From NCBI GenBank assembly GCA_002269645.1, contig NIVC01000040.1:558001-622000 (forward strand): a stretch of DNA of 64,000 nucleotides, in the 5' to 3' direction. The notes below the pieces were generated by a model. That model was not told the DNA's origin. It did not search any database and worked only from the letters and a program-made list of their open reading frames with translations. Below, one piece after another: positions 12,407-25,220 of this stretch; position 1 is the first letter of the stretch, and each line of letters begins with the position of its first letter. A program made the translations under genes and the position numbers. The stretch is from Macrostomum lignano. Its lineage: Eukaryota.

Positions 12407-13679
12407 TTCTTTCCGGTTTTTTTTAGTTAAACAAAGTTTTAATAAGTTTTTACTGTTGGTTTGCATTTTTTTAGTTCAAAGTAAAAAATTTTTATATAGT
12501 ATATTTTTTTAATGATTTAACGGTTTGTAAATCGTTAGCTAAAGTTTGTATGATAAAAACGAAAAGCTCTATTAATATCAATAGAACTATAAAGGCAAGA
12601 AATATCAAACGATGAACATTGGGTCTGCCTCCTATGAGAAGAAATAATTTTTTCACTGAACAATGAGAGGCTCTCCAGTCTCCTTTCTCCATAAAATTTA
12701 TTGGTAAGTCGCCCTCCTATAATTTTTTCTAGAAACGAAACATGTACCGTAGTTTCCCGTCTTTACTACTAGAGTAGTCCTTCGAAGATTTACCTTCAAA
12801 TCTACAGGCATGTGCATATGCAGCGTCTTTAAAAGTATACTCTTATGTAACTCTTTGCGGCCGAGAAAGTACATATAACAAATAAACACCTACATGTACA
12901 ACTTGAATTGTACATGGACATGATAGTCAAGTCAAGGACAACGTGCACGTGTACTATACTAGCTATGGATCGAGTAAACTACAGCGTATACTACTGTACT
13001 GTAGAGTGTTCTACCTCCCTCAGAAAGTGATAAAATTGTTAACGTACTACTTACAGTAGTAAGACAAGTATATAAGAATAAGCGTTGAACCTGACTGATT
13101 AAAATATATTTTTGATGAGGACGCGCTTTTTCCCAAATCCCGCGCTAGCACATGGGCTCAAAACTTACTTACCTACTAACAGCAGGCTATGGGCATTTTT
13201 ATTCTTTTTCTGCGAAATGTCATAGAATCTATACTAGATATAACGTTTGGTCATACTAGTAGTCATAATAACATAGGCGCACTCGTAAATCATCGCTTTC
13301 AAAGTTGGTCTGACAGCCACCTGCGCCTCACTCAGTGTTGAGGCTGGCGCCAGAGATGGTCTGAGGGGATGCGAATAGTAGCTTTTTTCTCATCATTTTT
13401 GACAGGCCATCAGATTTATGAGGTCAGAGCCATTGTTCGGATTCACTCATGCGTGTGACAGCTTTGACAGCTATGCGTTTTACCCCTAAAAGTACTTTGT
13501 GATTAGCGATTAGCGATTTCTCTTCATTATCTTCACCTTCTATTTAATAAGAGCTTTCTAATGTATATTTTTTCATTAATTTCTGTCAATCCTACGCGAA
13601 AAGCCATAAATCATTTTGTTGCGATTTTGATTGATTTATGGCCGCACCTGTCATCTTTTTACGACCCTGTGGGAACTGA

Positions 13680-13830
13680 TAGGATCTCCCGGTCACGTGA
13701 TTCTGGGTAGCAACAAGCTTAGCCAATCAGAAAATTCGGCGCTCATTTTAACAAAACGGCTCAGCCAATCAGAATCGACGTGTTCCATTATAACAAACTG
13801 CGGTCCAGTTGGCGGCTATTTAAACCGGTG
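13680..13830 (+). promoter_or_regulatory. Promoter-like module 1 (E-box, two CCAAT boxes, TATA-like) with no assigned gene
   Basis: GGTCACGTGA (~13691), AGCCAATCAG twice (~13721, ~13762) and GGCTATTTAAA (~13814), followed by a GC-rich stretch. Confidence 0.45.
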
Positions 13831-15109
13831 TTTTTGGCCCGCTCGGACCTCAACCTCATGGGACCTTAGCCTATAGCTTGAGACATCCCGGAGCGCGACC
13901 GTCGTTTCTTGATCCCCGGATTGCGACTTCCCCCCATCATCATCAAGGATGAATCCCCCGGTCATCAGCAGCGAACATCAAAGTTAAGAGCATCACCTGC
14001 TAGCTATCTGCGAAGACTGTGACAGCATCATCACGAGTCTACAGATGCGAAGCATCAAGCCGATTCGGTCACTGTGGATTTCCTGGTCTCCGGCTGTTGA
14101 GTTTCTGATTGGTTGGGTGAGAGGCTATCTAGACTTTCTTGATTGGGTGATCCCTTATCTGTCCCCTGTTTCAGTAGCTGAATTAGGCGCACACTTTTGC
14201 TCATTTTGTTCAGTAGTGCTGTTGCTGTGGCAGAAATCATTCAATAATACTGCTAGTAGTCTAAAACTCCAATTCAATCTGAAGTGTGAAGTGATCTAAG
14301 GAGAAGGTTAAATCTAACAGTTATTTTTATCGGTTTTATTTCTTTGTTCGCCGATGGCTCAGATGAGTAGCTAAGCTAGTAGTCGCCGGTCACAGTGGAC
14401 CAATGGCAAGGCAGTTCTCAGTCGACCAATCTATCAAATCAGTGAGCAAAACTGCCAGAAGTGCAGAATCGGCGCCAGAGGTGTACTTTGTGCACTCTAG
14501 GATAGCCAAGCGGCTCGGGTAATGAATCATGCGAGGTCTCTGAAGTTCAAGTTAGCCTATCATCAGCGCTAGGAGAGGCTAGTTGGCGCGTTGAAGGCCA
14601 AAAGTACATATCTTCGTATTTAGCAATGTAATAGTACGCTCGTACATGTAGCTACCCCATAGACTCGCCACTGCAAGAATCCCCTGCACAAGTCCCCTCT
14701 GTACCTGCATGGCCAATGCGATCTAGTCCCAGCAGTGTCCCTTATCATCGGCTATGACTTCGAGATTGACAGCAAAAAGACACTAGTTGGCAGGTAAGTG
14801 CAAAGCCCCTTCTAGTCGGAAGCCCGATTTCGAGAGTCCCGGTGTGGTGAGCCAGGGCGCACGGTCTGGTGGCAGCAAGTTAGTTGATCTGCGGATTAGC
14901 TAATTTCTATTTTCAAAATTCTCCCTGCTTGTCTCTCGCTGTCCCTCTCTTAGCTATAGGACCTAGGCTGCTCGCCACACGATCAAGCTACCATGGGGCT
15001 GACCATCTGACAGGAGGGGGGGGCCAGGTCTCTAATTGATTTATTTCTGAGCCTGAGGCCCGAAGGCTTCCCCACAAGGGGGCCGAAAGGTCGAAACCCA
15101 TCATTTTTT

Positions 15110-15600
15110 TATCATGCAACCAATCAAAAGAGAGAAAAGTCGGGCATATTATTTTTTGCAACCCACCAATCATGCGTGACCTACAAATTGTCAACTTAAA
15201 CCCCATCTGCGATTCATCATTGGTCACGTGCGACCTACATTTGTCAGTTCAAACCCCACCTACGATTCATCATTCGGCTTGTACCCGGATGAACCAATCA
15301 GAGGTATCTAAAAATAGCTCAGCTACGGTAACCAATCATGCGCGCTTACACTAGACTAGTTGCTTAACTTTATACCCTGTCATGCTTGACAGCAACCAAA
15401 GCGTGACCCTTTGACATTTACGAAAAAGGTGATGGACGACCTCACGAGGGGTCTGCTTCTCTATAAATACAAGTGCTCCGAAGCGGACCCGGAGCCAACT
15501 CCCGACGAGAAGAGAATTGCTCCGAAGAGGAAGCCTTAGGAGGACTTCCTGATCACCAAGTCAATCGAGACTCGGTCGAGTTGTTGCGGTAAGCCTTTCT
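15110..15600 (+). promoter_or_regulatory. Promoter-like module 2 (four CCAAT boxes, E-box, TATA, downstream splice donor) with no assigned gene
   Basis: CCAATCA at ~15121, 15166, 15294 and 15333; GGTCACGTG at ~15222; CTATAAATA at ~15461; GCG|GTAAG donor at ~15589. Confidence 0.45.
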
Positions 15601-17091
15601 CATTTGCGCCAGTTGTTGTTGAGTCGACTCACTATTGTTATAGTGTTAGAGTCTGTTGAGACTCTTGAGTCATATTTAGACTCCATTGGTTGTAGTCTCT
15701 AGAAGGACTACCCTGATAGATCTTAGAGGACTATCAGTGATTACCGGAGCTTTACCTAGAGTGCGTTAAGGCACTGCTAGAAGGAGAAGACTTATATTGA
15801 ACAGCAGTTTGGCGCAGGGTTCCCATAGTTAATTCGAAGCTTCTGATTGGTCCGAACGACAGATACCGACCGGAAACGACTTCGTTGGAAGTAAAGAGGA
15901 GCCTGGACCAGGACAACTAAATCTAGACATCTAGACTGATTGAGACCGAGAACTACGCAAAGGAAGAGCTGTCCAATTCAGGACTCAAGGTAATATAGAT
16001 AACCTTCATTTGATTACTGGGTTGCCTAGCAGTAGCTAGAAGTGATTGTTCCTTGATTACTAAGGTCTTGGTAGTAAGGAACACATCACTACTAACTGAG
16101 AGCGCGATATCACAATATCACTTCTAAGTTTTAAAACCCATGCAATACTACAGTGTACATTTATATTACAACGATCAAAGTTTCCTATAGATCAAATTAA
16201 AATGAGTTAGCTTTATGCATATTGTATGGCCGTTCATTTAAAAGGCACCGTGCAATTGCATTTTGGTACGATCGGAGAGATCAGCAGAGCAGCTCGACGG
16301 TACGCTCGTATATAGAGACATCTGAGAGATCTGATTCTCGGCGGGACCCCTGATGGCTTGATTCATTGCGCGGCCGTCATTATTACATGTATTATACCTT
16401 GGAGTTTGTGCACGAAAACTGGCCGGTGGGTTGTCGTCGGGGTGATCTCACCGAAGGCGTTCACAGCAGGGTTCCTACAATGCTATAGCTCGTGCAACTA
16501 CATGTAAAAAAGTGTAGCATCCATAGAAGGAAAAACACTTTCGCTATTGTACATGTCGTTAAACGAGTTGGTCTCCTCTAGTACTGTACATATGTAATCA
16601 TATACAGCCTTATTTTAGAGCAATAAATTAAGAATTTGACAAATCAACTACAATTATTGTCAGACTTAAAAAGTATATTACTCGCAAGCTGCAGGGGTAA
16701 AGATAGCTTCCAAGTAGCTACATGTACTATTACATTGCTAAATACGAAAATATGTACTTTTAGGTTGAATAAAAACGCTCATGTTTTGCACCCGCTTTTT
16801 AGTTGTTAAAAAAACAGGATTAACTTCTAAAAATTGATAAACGAGTATATGCATGTACTACGCTTATAGTCATTCTCTGTGAACCACGAGAATATCATTC
16901 ATCACTACTGTCCAAATTCAATCCGTAGTAGTATGGCTTGAAGATAATACACGCATAGGTCTGGTGGATTTTCTCTTCGACACCAACGATCTGCTTGGCT
17001 TAAACGGCGGATGCTGTGGCGAACGTTCCCATATCGAGTTCGGACTTTCTTCTGTAGGTCTGAATGGTTTACGTGATACGAAAAATGGTCT

Positions 17092-20000
17092 TTATTCCTG
17101 TGTAGACATCTGTAGCTCCTTTTGCTGTCTTTTCACCGTTTCACTAAATTCTTATCTAACACTATAACTCCCATATCCCCTCTCGTAATTGAGATTTCTC
17201 ATTTCTTTCTACATCTTTACCGCGTCACCTTATATCTCTCCCCTTTCACATCTCTCAGCAGCTGTCTCCTCACATCTCTCCTCTACTCAAATCTCTCCCC
17301 TCTACTCACACCTCCCCCTCTACTACTCACATCTCTCCCCTACTCAATATCTCCCCCCTCTACTCACATCTCTCCCCCCTATCTCCCCCTCTACTCACAT
17401 CTCTCAACTCTCCTCACATCTCGCCTCTCTCCTCACATCTCTCCCCCCTATATCCCCCTCTACTTACATCTCTCCCCTCTACTCACATCTCTCCCCTCTA
17501 CTCATATCTCTCCCCTCTAATCACATCTCCCCCCTCTACTCACATCTCTCCCCCCTATCTCCCCCTCTACTCACATCTCTCCCCTCTCACATATCTCCCC
17601 TCTCCCATATCTCCCCTCTCAAATCTCTCCCTTCTCAAATCTCTCCCCTCTCCCATATCTCCCCTCTCAAATCTCTCCCTTCTCAAATCTCTCCCCTCTC
17701 ACATCTCTCCCCTCTCACATCTCTCCCCTCTCAAATCTCTCCCTTCTCAAATCTCTCCCCTCTCACATCTCTCCCCTCTCACATCTCTCCCCTCTCACAT
17801 CTCTCCCCTCTCACATCTCTCCCCTCTCACATATCTCCCCTCTCACATATCTCCCCTCTCACAGATCTCCCTTCTACTCACATCTCTCCCCTCTTACATC
17901 GCTCCCCTACCCTACTCACAACACAGCCGTAGCCACTCGATCTTCATCCAATCGATCCCCTTGTCTTAAGCCCTCCGTGCGCTGATTGTGAATCCAATTT
18001 GTCCCCTCAGTAATCCGGAGCTGATCGCCAGATGAATTGTGAACCGCCTTATTGCAGACATCTTGCGGGAAGGAAGGCGAAGCATAGACGCCGTTATTTT
18101 GAAATTCAGATTGATCAACGAAATCATTTTCAAAGCTCAACAACAAATCGCGAGATTTCAATTTGTATTCTGCAATTGGTTTTTGTAGCAATTTTTTGGC
18201 TTCCTTTTGTGCCTCTCCCTTATCTATTTGTCCTCTTTTATCGATTTGTCCCTCTCCATTATCGATTTGTCCCTCTCCATTATCGATTTGTCCCTCTCCA
18301 TTATCGATTTGTCCCTCTCCATTATCGATTTGTCCCTCTCCATTATCGATTTGGAACTCTTCATTATAAATTTGTCCCTTTTCATTATCGATTTTTCTCT
18401 CTAATATTGATTTTTCTCTCTATCGATTTTTTTCGCTAATTACGCTCGTATCGATTTACCCCTCTACATGATCGATCTGTCACTCTCAAGTATCGATTTT
18501 TCTCTCAATCATAGATTTTTCTCTGTCCGATCCCACTATCTCTCCACCTCTTTTACTAGCTCGTTGTCTGCTCCAAGCCAGCTCAGTCCAGAACAGGACA
18601 CCCACCATCCGAGCAGATCTGAATCGAATCCCCTTCGTCGTTCGCCTCGACCTCCATCTCTACAGTTGCAGCCTCTGAACCCGGAGACGACGTAGATGAA
18701 GACGGAGGCTGCGGTTGAGTCTGTGGAATCGTTGATTGTATGAAAGTCGACATTTTTCCGTTTGCACCTGTGGGTGGGACACATTTTTTGACATGCTATT
18801 TGCTTTCTTGATAATTCATTTTAACTGAACCAATTATTTTTTGACCCTATCTGTAGCTGGCGCCCCCACTGTAGCTGGCGCCCCCACTGTAGCTGGCGCC
18901 CCCTCTGTAGCTGGCGCCCCCTCTGTAGCTGGCGTCCCCTCTGTAGCTGGCGCCCCCTCTGTAGCTGGCGCCCCCTCTGTAGCTGGCGCCCCCTCTGCAG
19001 CTGGCGCCCCCTCTGTAGCTGGCGCCCCCTCTGTAGCTGGCGCCCCCTCTGTAGCTGGCGCCCCCTCTGTAGCTGGCGCCCCCTCTGCAACTGGCGCCCC
19101 CTCTGCAGCTGGCGCCCCCTCTGTAGCTGGCGCCCCCTCTGTAGCTGGCGCCCCCTCTGTAGCTGGCGCCCCCTCTGTAGCTGGCGCCCCCTCTGTAGCT
19201 GGCGCTCCCTCTGCAACTGGCGCCCCCCTCAATCATCGGGTGTAAGAACAGACTTACCCTTAATTCTCTTGGACGAGAGTTTCTTTGTCGGTGGCAACGT
19301 CGACATCAGAGCGACAACATTTGCTTCGTTGTTTGCCCAAATGGCCATCCGTTTGTAGCTTTCTCGGCCCTTCTCGGTCAGTTTTGGCCACGGCTTCGGC
19401 TTGCTTAGCAGCTCGGACACCGTGCCCTGGGACAGGCCCAGCACGCGTCTGGAAATTCATTGATCTTATCTGTACATGTTGTGTACTCGATAGAGACACA
19501 TCTTCGGACAAGACACCTTTTTCGGACAACAAACATTTTCGGACAAGACACGTTTTCGGACAAGATAAATTTTCGGACAAGATACATTTTCGGACAAGAT
19601 ACATTTTCGGACAAGATACATTTTCGGACAAGTCACATTTTCCGACAACAAACATTTTCGGACAAGACACATCTTCGGACAAGACACATTTTCGGACAAG
19701 AAACATTTTCGGACAAGAAACATTTTCGGACAAGATACATTTTCGGACAAGTCAAATTTTCCGACAACAAACATTTTCGGACAAGACACATCTTCGGACA
19801 AGACGCATTTTCGGACAAGTCACATCTTTGCTGGAACTTTTCCTATCTGAAATATTGAGTCACTGAGCCCTTCTATATTTTTAAGTTACTTTGGTTCAAA
19901 ACAATGTATAAAAATATAATTAAAATTAAACAAAAAATATTTTTTACCTGGCAAACAATCTCTGTCCAATCCCGTGCCTGCCTAATAGCTTTCTGACTTT

Positions 20001-21421
20001 GCTGGCAATGCTTGCCGTGTCTAGGATGTCAGCTGTGGCTAATTGAAACTGACTGACAGATTCGCTGTTGTATTGCATTCGACGCTTCTGGCCTTCCATT
20101 TGAGTGCAGTCACTGCGGCATGTGGGGTGTGGGAAATGGGGGGTAAGCATCCAGTGACACGGGTGGGATGTGGGGTGTGGGAAATGGGGGGTAAGCATCC
20201 AGTGACTTGGGGGGGTGTGGGGTGTGGGAATTAGGTGGTAAGCATCCAGTGACACGGGTGGGATGTGGGGTGTGGGAAATGGGGGGTAAGCATCCAGTGA
20301 CGCGGGTGGGATGTGGGGTGTGGGAAATGGGGGGTAAGCATCCAGTGACGAGGGTGGGATGTGGAGTGTGGGAAATGGGGGGTAAGCATCCAGTGACGCG
20401 GGTGGGATGTGGGGTGTGGGAAATGGGGGGTAAGCATCCAGTGACTTGGGGGGGTGTGGGGTGTGGGAAATGGGGGGTAAGCATCCAGCAGCCACGTGAT
20501 CAATAGGGAGCCACTTGGTCAATAGGGAGCCACATGATCAGTAGGGAGCCACGTGATCAATAAGGAGCCACGTGATCAAAAGAAATCACGTGATCCATAA
20601 GGAGCCACGTGATCAATAAGTAACCACGTGACCAAAAGAAATCACGTGATCCATAAGGAGCCACGTGATCAAAAGAAATCACGTGATCCATAAGGAGCCA
20701 CGTGATCAATAAGTAACCACGTGACCAAAAGAAATCACGTGATCCATAAGGAGCCACGTGATCAAAAGAAATCACGTGATCCATAAGGAGCCACGTGATC
20801 AATAAGTAACCACGTGACCAAAAGAAATCACGTGATCCATAAGGAGCCACGTGATCAATAGGGATCCATGCGATCAATAAGGAGCCAGGTGATCAATAAA
20901 GAGCCACGTGATCAATACGAAGCCACCACGTGATTGATAAAAACCCCCACGTGATCAATAAGAAATCACATGATCAACAAGATATCACGTGATCACTAAG
21001 AAGTGGTAAATGATGCCAGCCCACCTTAAAAGTCGCTCCTTCACACTGGCATAGTCGGCGCAGTGAGCCAACTCCAGTTTGAGCTGTCGTATTGTCTCGT
21101 CACGCTGGGCGATCTGACTTCTCAGGCGATCCAACTGTTGTTTCAATTTGTGGTGGATTCTTACTATGAGTCAATATATGGCTAGGTGAAGGAGATAGGG
21201 GTCACTGAGGACAGTTTTACCTTTAATTGCACGCTCTCTTTCAGCACAAAGACCGCCGTCGTAAGTTGTTCAATCTGAAAGAATTGTGAACTTCCAGTCA
21301 AGGTCAATGTTAATATTGATTCTGTGAGTTTATTTTCTAAATGAGTCCGCAATATACACTGCACCTGAGCCTTTTGATCGAAATCTGACAGAATTGAGGA
21401 CTTTGATTCCTCCAGTGACAT
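17092..21421 (-). CDS. CUX-like: CUX/Cut-derived protein: short coiled coil + single CUT domain + divergent homeodomain, 8 coding exons (21421-21365, 21274-21221, 21134-21025, 20112-19948, 19448-19258, 18767-18606, 18169-17920, 17143-17092), ~346 aa
   Basis: The CUT domain spans a phase-2 intron: LDTASIASKVRKLLGRHGIGQRLFAR|RVLGLSQGTVSELLSKPKPWPKLTEKGRESYKRM. The preceding IAQRDETIRQLKLELAHCADYASVKERL resembles the end of the CUX/CASP coiled coil. TNWIHNQR resembles CUX helix 3 (WFHNYR). All phases are consistent. The start codon and the acceptor at 21135 are less certain. Confidence 0.8.
17215..17910. repeat. Pyrimidine-rich degenerate minisatellite (CTCACATCTCTCCCCT)n in CUX-like intron
   Basis: Direct inspection; generates spurious SPL/LTS ORFs. 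Confidence 0.9.
18215..18500. repeat. 21-bp minisatellite (TTATCGATTTGTCCCTCTCCA)
   Basis: Five or more perfect units plus degenerate flanks; intronic. Confidence 0.9.
18848..19228. repeat. 18-bp GC-rich minisatellite (CTGTAGCTGGCGCCCCCT)
   Basis: About 21 units; intronic; open in several frames only because the unit is a stop-free multiple of 3. Confidence 0.95.
19495..19830. repeat. 18-bp minisatellite (TTTTCGGACAAGACACAT)
   Basis: About 18 variable units; intronic. Confidence 0.9.
20120..20490. repeat. 48-bp G-rich minisatellite
   Basis: GGGTGGGATGTGGGGTGTGGGAAATGGGGGGTAAGCATCCAGTGAC, about 8 units, starting a few nt from the 20113 acceptor. Confidence 0.95.
20490..21000. repeat. ~19-bp minisatellite whose core is the E-box CACGTG
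   Basis: About 22 intact CACGTG copies in the contexts GCCACGTGATC, ATCACGTGATC and ACCACGTGACC. Confidence 0.95.
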
Positions 21422-21524
21422 TTTTATTGATTCGCGCGAGTTCTGTGTTTAAAGAAAAATATGAATAACTAAGGCTTATTATACTCGTAATTATATATAG
21501 ATGCATATACAATTACCATTGTAT

Positions 21525-21903
<379 letters not shown>

Positions 21904-22748
21904 TGTAGGCTGTGAAAAATAGGATATCTGCTTACCTGCCTCTGCAAGTCTCATGCAGCTTAATTAGAATCCTGATGCTAGCTTTAAAGATACCATCCGA
22001 GAACAATTACGTCGTAAAAGATATTCCTATTTTTGCTACCTTCAGCTTGCCAATGAAAGCCACGGCTGAACTTCTGGAAGCTGCCCGGATAGATTTTGGT
22101 AAGAAATCAAAGGCGCAGGCAAAACGGCGTGTTAAATAAGACGCGATGGCGATACACAGTCTGCAAACATGAGAGCTCCCCTGGGAGAGGGAGCCAGCCA
22201 CATCGCGGATCCGGGGCATTTGCTGCAAAAAGGGGAAACAGGAGACGCCATGGCAGGGGGTGGGGAAGACATTGGATTTTTAAAAGCCGCACACAGCAGC
22301 GCGCGATCCTTGATAATCTGCTATCGATTTTACCTTTTCACTTGGCCCCGGCAACATGCAGGAATTTATTTCTTCCCTCTCGCCACGATCCCCGGACCTC
22401 TCCCTCATTTTTGCAGTGTCTTTCAGCCTCCGTTCGCCTGGCCACAGACTTCTGGCAGCGGCGCCCCCCCTCAGGCCACTCTGGTGCAGCAGTGTCCGCA
22501 GTTTAAAAGTCGTCAAGCAGAGGCTTGCATATTTCCATTAGAGCTCGAGGGATCGAGGCCCTCTCTCTTAACATTTGCATTCTGCTTTTCATCTTTAAAT
22601 CCTGGATACAGGATACGTAGCGGTGGGAATCAGTGGCGTACCAAGCACCACTGTGGTTGCATGTATAACAGGACGTAAATCGCAAATATATTGTATTTTT
22701 AGACCAATTTATTGAAAAAATGCACTTTCAGAGTTCATTACATTTGAT

Positions 22749-23091
22749 CTGGGGGCAGTGAATATTATCATTCTTTTAATTTAGCATTCACTGCAAGTTA
22801 CTCTGTTGTGCTTTATATAGCTGTGCAGTGATCATTTCATATTGTTTTCTTAATTTGTATCTAGATAAATCTTTAGCCTGAATTTGTATATAGAATCAAT
22901 CAATAATGGCTTCAGAGTAATTGCATGCAACATTTTATTGCAAATATACTTGATTCTTGTATTTTTACAACTTTGTGAAAATTGTGAAATAAAAGTACAT
23001 GTACTATGATAATGAAACTCTACACAGCTATATAACAGAGTAACTTGCTGTTCATGCTAAATTAAAAGAATGATAAGCTTCACTGCCCCAG
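22749..23091. mobile_element. MITE/foldback-like element with ~75-80-bp terminal inverted repeats
   Basis: Left arm CTGGGGGCAGTGAATATTATCATTCTTTTAATTTAGCAT...GCAAGTTACTCTGTT...TATATAGCTGTG is mirrored by right arm CACAGCTATATAACAGAGTAACTTGC...ATGCTAAATTAAAAGAATGATAAGCTTCACTGCCCCAG. No TSD identified. Confidence 0.7.
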
Positions 23092-24629
23092 TCATTGATT
23101 ATGTGATGATGTAAAATGATTTTTCCTATCTCCGCAGTGTATTTTTCTAGGAAATCGGCCTTCAAAAAATTACACGATATTTGAGTGTAGCGTCGTGATA
23201 TATGTGCTAGTGGTCCTTGGCAGGTTTGTGTGAGCAGACTGCCGCTCATATCAAATCCTGATGATTGGCAATTAGAATTAATTAACGGTTCTGCTGGATT
23301 AACAATTTTTCCATTAGCGCCCAGTGCAGCCTTGTCAAGCCTCTGGACCTGGAAGCTTCTGGACAGGTGGTACCAGGTGATAATGTACATTATTGTTGAT
23401 CAAGCCGGGACAGCGGGCATCCTCCTTCAACGGGTGACATAAGAGGCAACCAATCGTAGCTTAGTGCCTAACTTACATTACATATTATTTATGAAGCATC
23501 AAATTCATTTAAGAAGGTAACAAAGATAAAATCAAAGATTTGTCGTCTGTATAAAAATTGAAATGAAATATTAATAAAATACGCGTTTGCAACGACTGTG
23601 CAATTGAGAGCCCCACACACGCGCGCACAGAGAAAAGTAACAATTTAATTAAATTTTATTTAAGTAACACAACGAGATTTTCAGCCAGCAGTGACAGTAC
23701 AAGTTTTAAATTTATTATTATGTTATTATTTAACAGTTAATTTATTACTATGGCAGAATTTTGATAGAAAATTGTTAGTATCGCCCTACAACATAAAGTT
23801 GTATTAATATACTATAAAATAAAGTTATAAACTTTACTTATTTGCATCTCAGTTGACATAATAATAAGAATTGACTGGCTGACTATGAGACAATATTAAT
23901 CAATAGCCTGATAAATAGACACACAACAGCGATATTTCAAACGGATATTCGTCGCTATGGTATATAGAAAAAGCAGCGCCTATACTAAATAACTACTAAT
24001 AGTAGCTACATCAACTACTAAATTAGCAGTTTTTTGCAGTCATTTTGTCAATATTAAAAAAACACACAGTCAGTTTTGATTTGCATTCGGTGCGGTTGAA
24101 ATAATAAGCATTACTGCTACATATTATTACTATTATATTTATATAGAGCAAAAAATAAATAAATATACAATAGTTACTGAAGTCAAATTATTTATTTATT
24201 TATTGCTTGGAAAAAAGGCATTGGTCTATTATTTGAGTGCGTGTGACAAGAAAGAAATGCACGATATAATTAATATGAATATGCATTAACCTTTTCGTTT
24301 TAGTTTCAACAGTACATGCAAATTCACAAACAAAGAACACAAGACAGATTACTTAGTTGTAAGTAGTACAGTTGGAATTGCTGTCAAAAATAATTACAAG
24401 ACAAAATTTAAATTATTAGCCGACGAAATGGACGAGGGAAGGAACAAAATTTTAACAAAATTACATAAAGATAATTATTCAATTAATTGCTTGAATTCCA
24501 TTTTCGAAAGTAAAATGGGCTGCACTTGTCGCCACACTTCTGATAATTAATTACCAACTTTATGACGATACTTGGTTTATGATTTCTATTATAACTGAAA
24601 TGTACATAAACTCTACCCCTCATATCTTA

Positions 24630-25105
24630 GAACTGGAACCAATGTACATTGCCTCTATCCCCATAGCTTAGAACTGGAACCAATGTACATTGCCTCTTCT
24701 ATCCCTATAGCTTAGAACTTGGGCCAATGTACATTAACTATCTATCCCCATAGCTACAACTGGAACCAATGTACATTGCCTCTCTATCCCCATAGTTTAG
24801 AACTGGAACCAATGTACATACCTCTCTATCCCCATAGCTTAGAACTGGAACCAATGTACATTGCCTCTCTATCCCCATAGTTTAGAACTGGAACCAATGT
24901 ACATTGCCTCTCTATCCCTATAGCTACAACTGGACCCAATGTACATTGCCTCTCTATCCCTATAGCTACAACTGGACCCAATGTACATTGCCTCTCTATC
25001 CCTATAGCTACAACTGGACCCAATGTACATTACCTCTCTTTCCCAATAGCTTAGAACTGGAACCAATTTACATTGCCTCTCTATCCCCATAGCTACAACT
25101 GGAAC
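24630..25105. repeat. 42-43-bp minisatellite with AATGTACATT core
   Basis: AACTGGAACCAATGTACATTGCCTCTCTATCCCCATAGCTTAG, about 11 units, just past the BAZ1B stop. Confidence 0.95.
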
Positions 25106-25220
25106 CCGTCATTGTTCATTAAGTCTTGATATATACCACAAAAAATTAAAGTACATAAGCCCTATACCCTTAAGTGCCTACTAATAATATTTAGAACCTA
25201 TTACAACGTAAACTTCGCAA

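Noticed and set aside
12889-16730. Recurrent TACATGTA palindromes as element boundaries
   Set aside because: The motif also occurs at 50.2-51.7 kb and elsewhere with no consistent flanking structure, so it is treated as background.
18821-19245. Four overlapping repeat ORFs (QRGRQL, EGAPAT, VAGAPS, YRGGAS) resembling antifreeze/structural proteins
   Set aside because: They come from an 18-bp minisatellite lying between phase-compatible splice sites of the CUX-like gene.
19258-20112. Assignment as ONECUT because of a single CUT domain
   Set aside because: The CUT signature (IGQR, VLGLSQG), the upstream CASP-type coiled coil and His50 are CUX features. ONECUT has IPQAIF/LCRSQG and Phe48/Met50.
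23052-23442. 112-aa minus and 70-aa plus ORFs in a moderately GC-rich island
   Set aside because: No recognisable homology, no phase-consistent splice link to neighbouring genes, and the end runs into the MITE arm.
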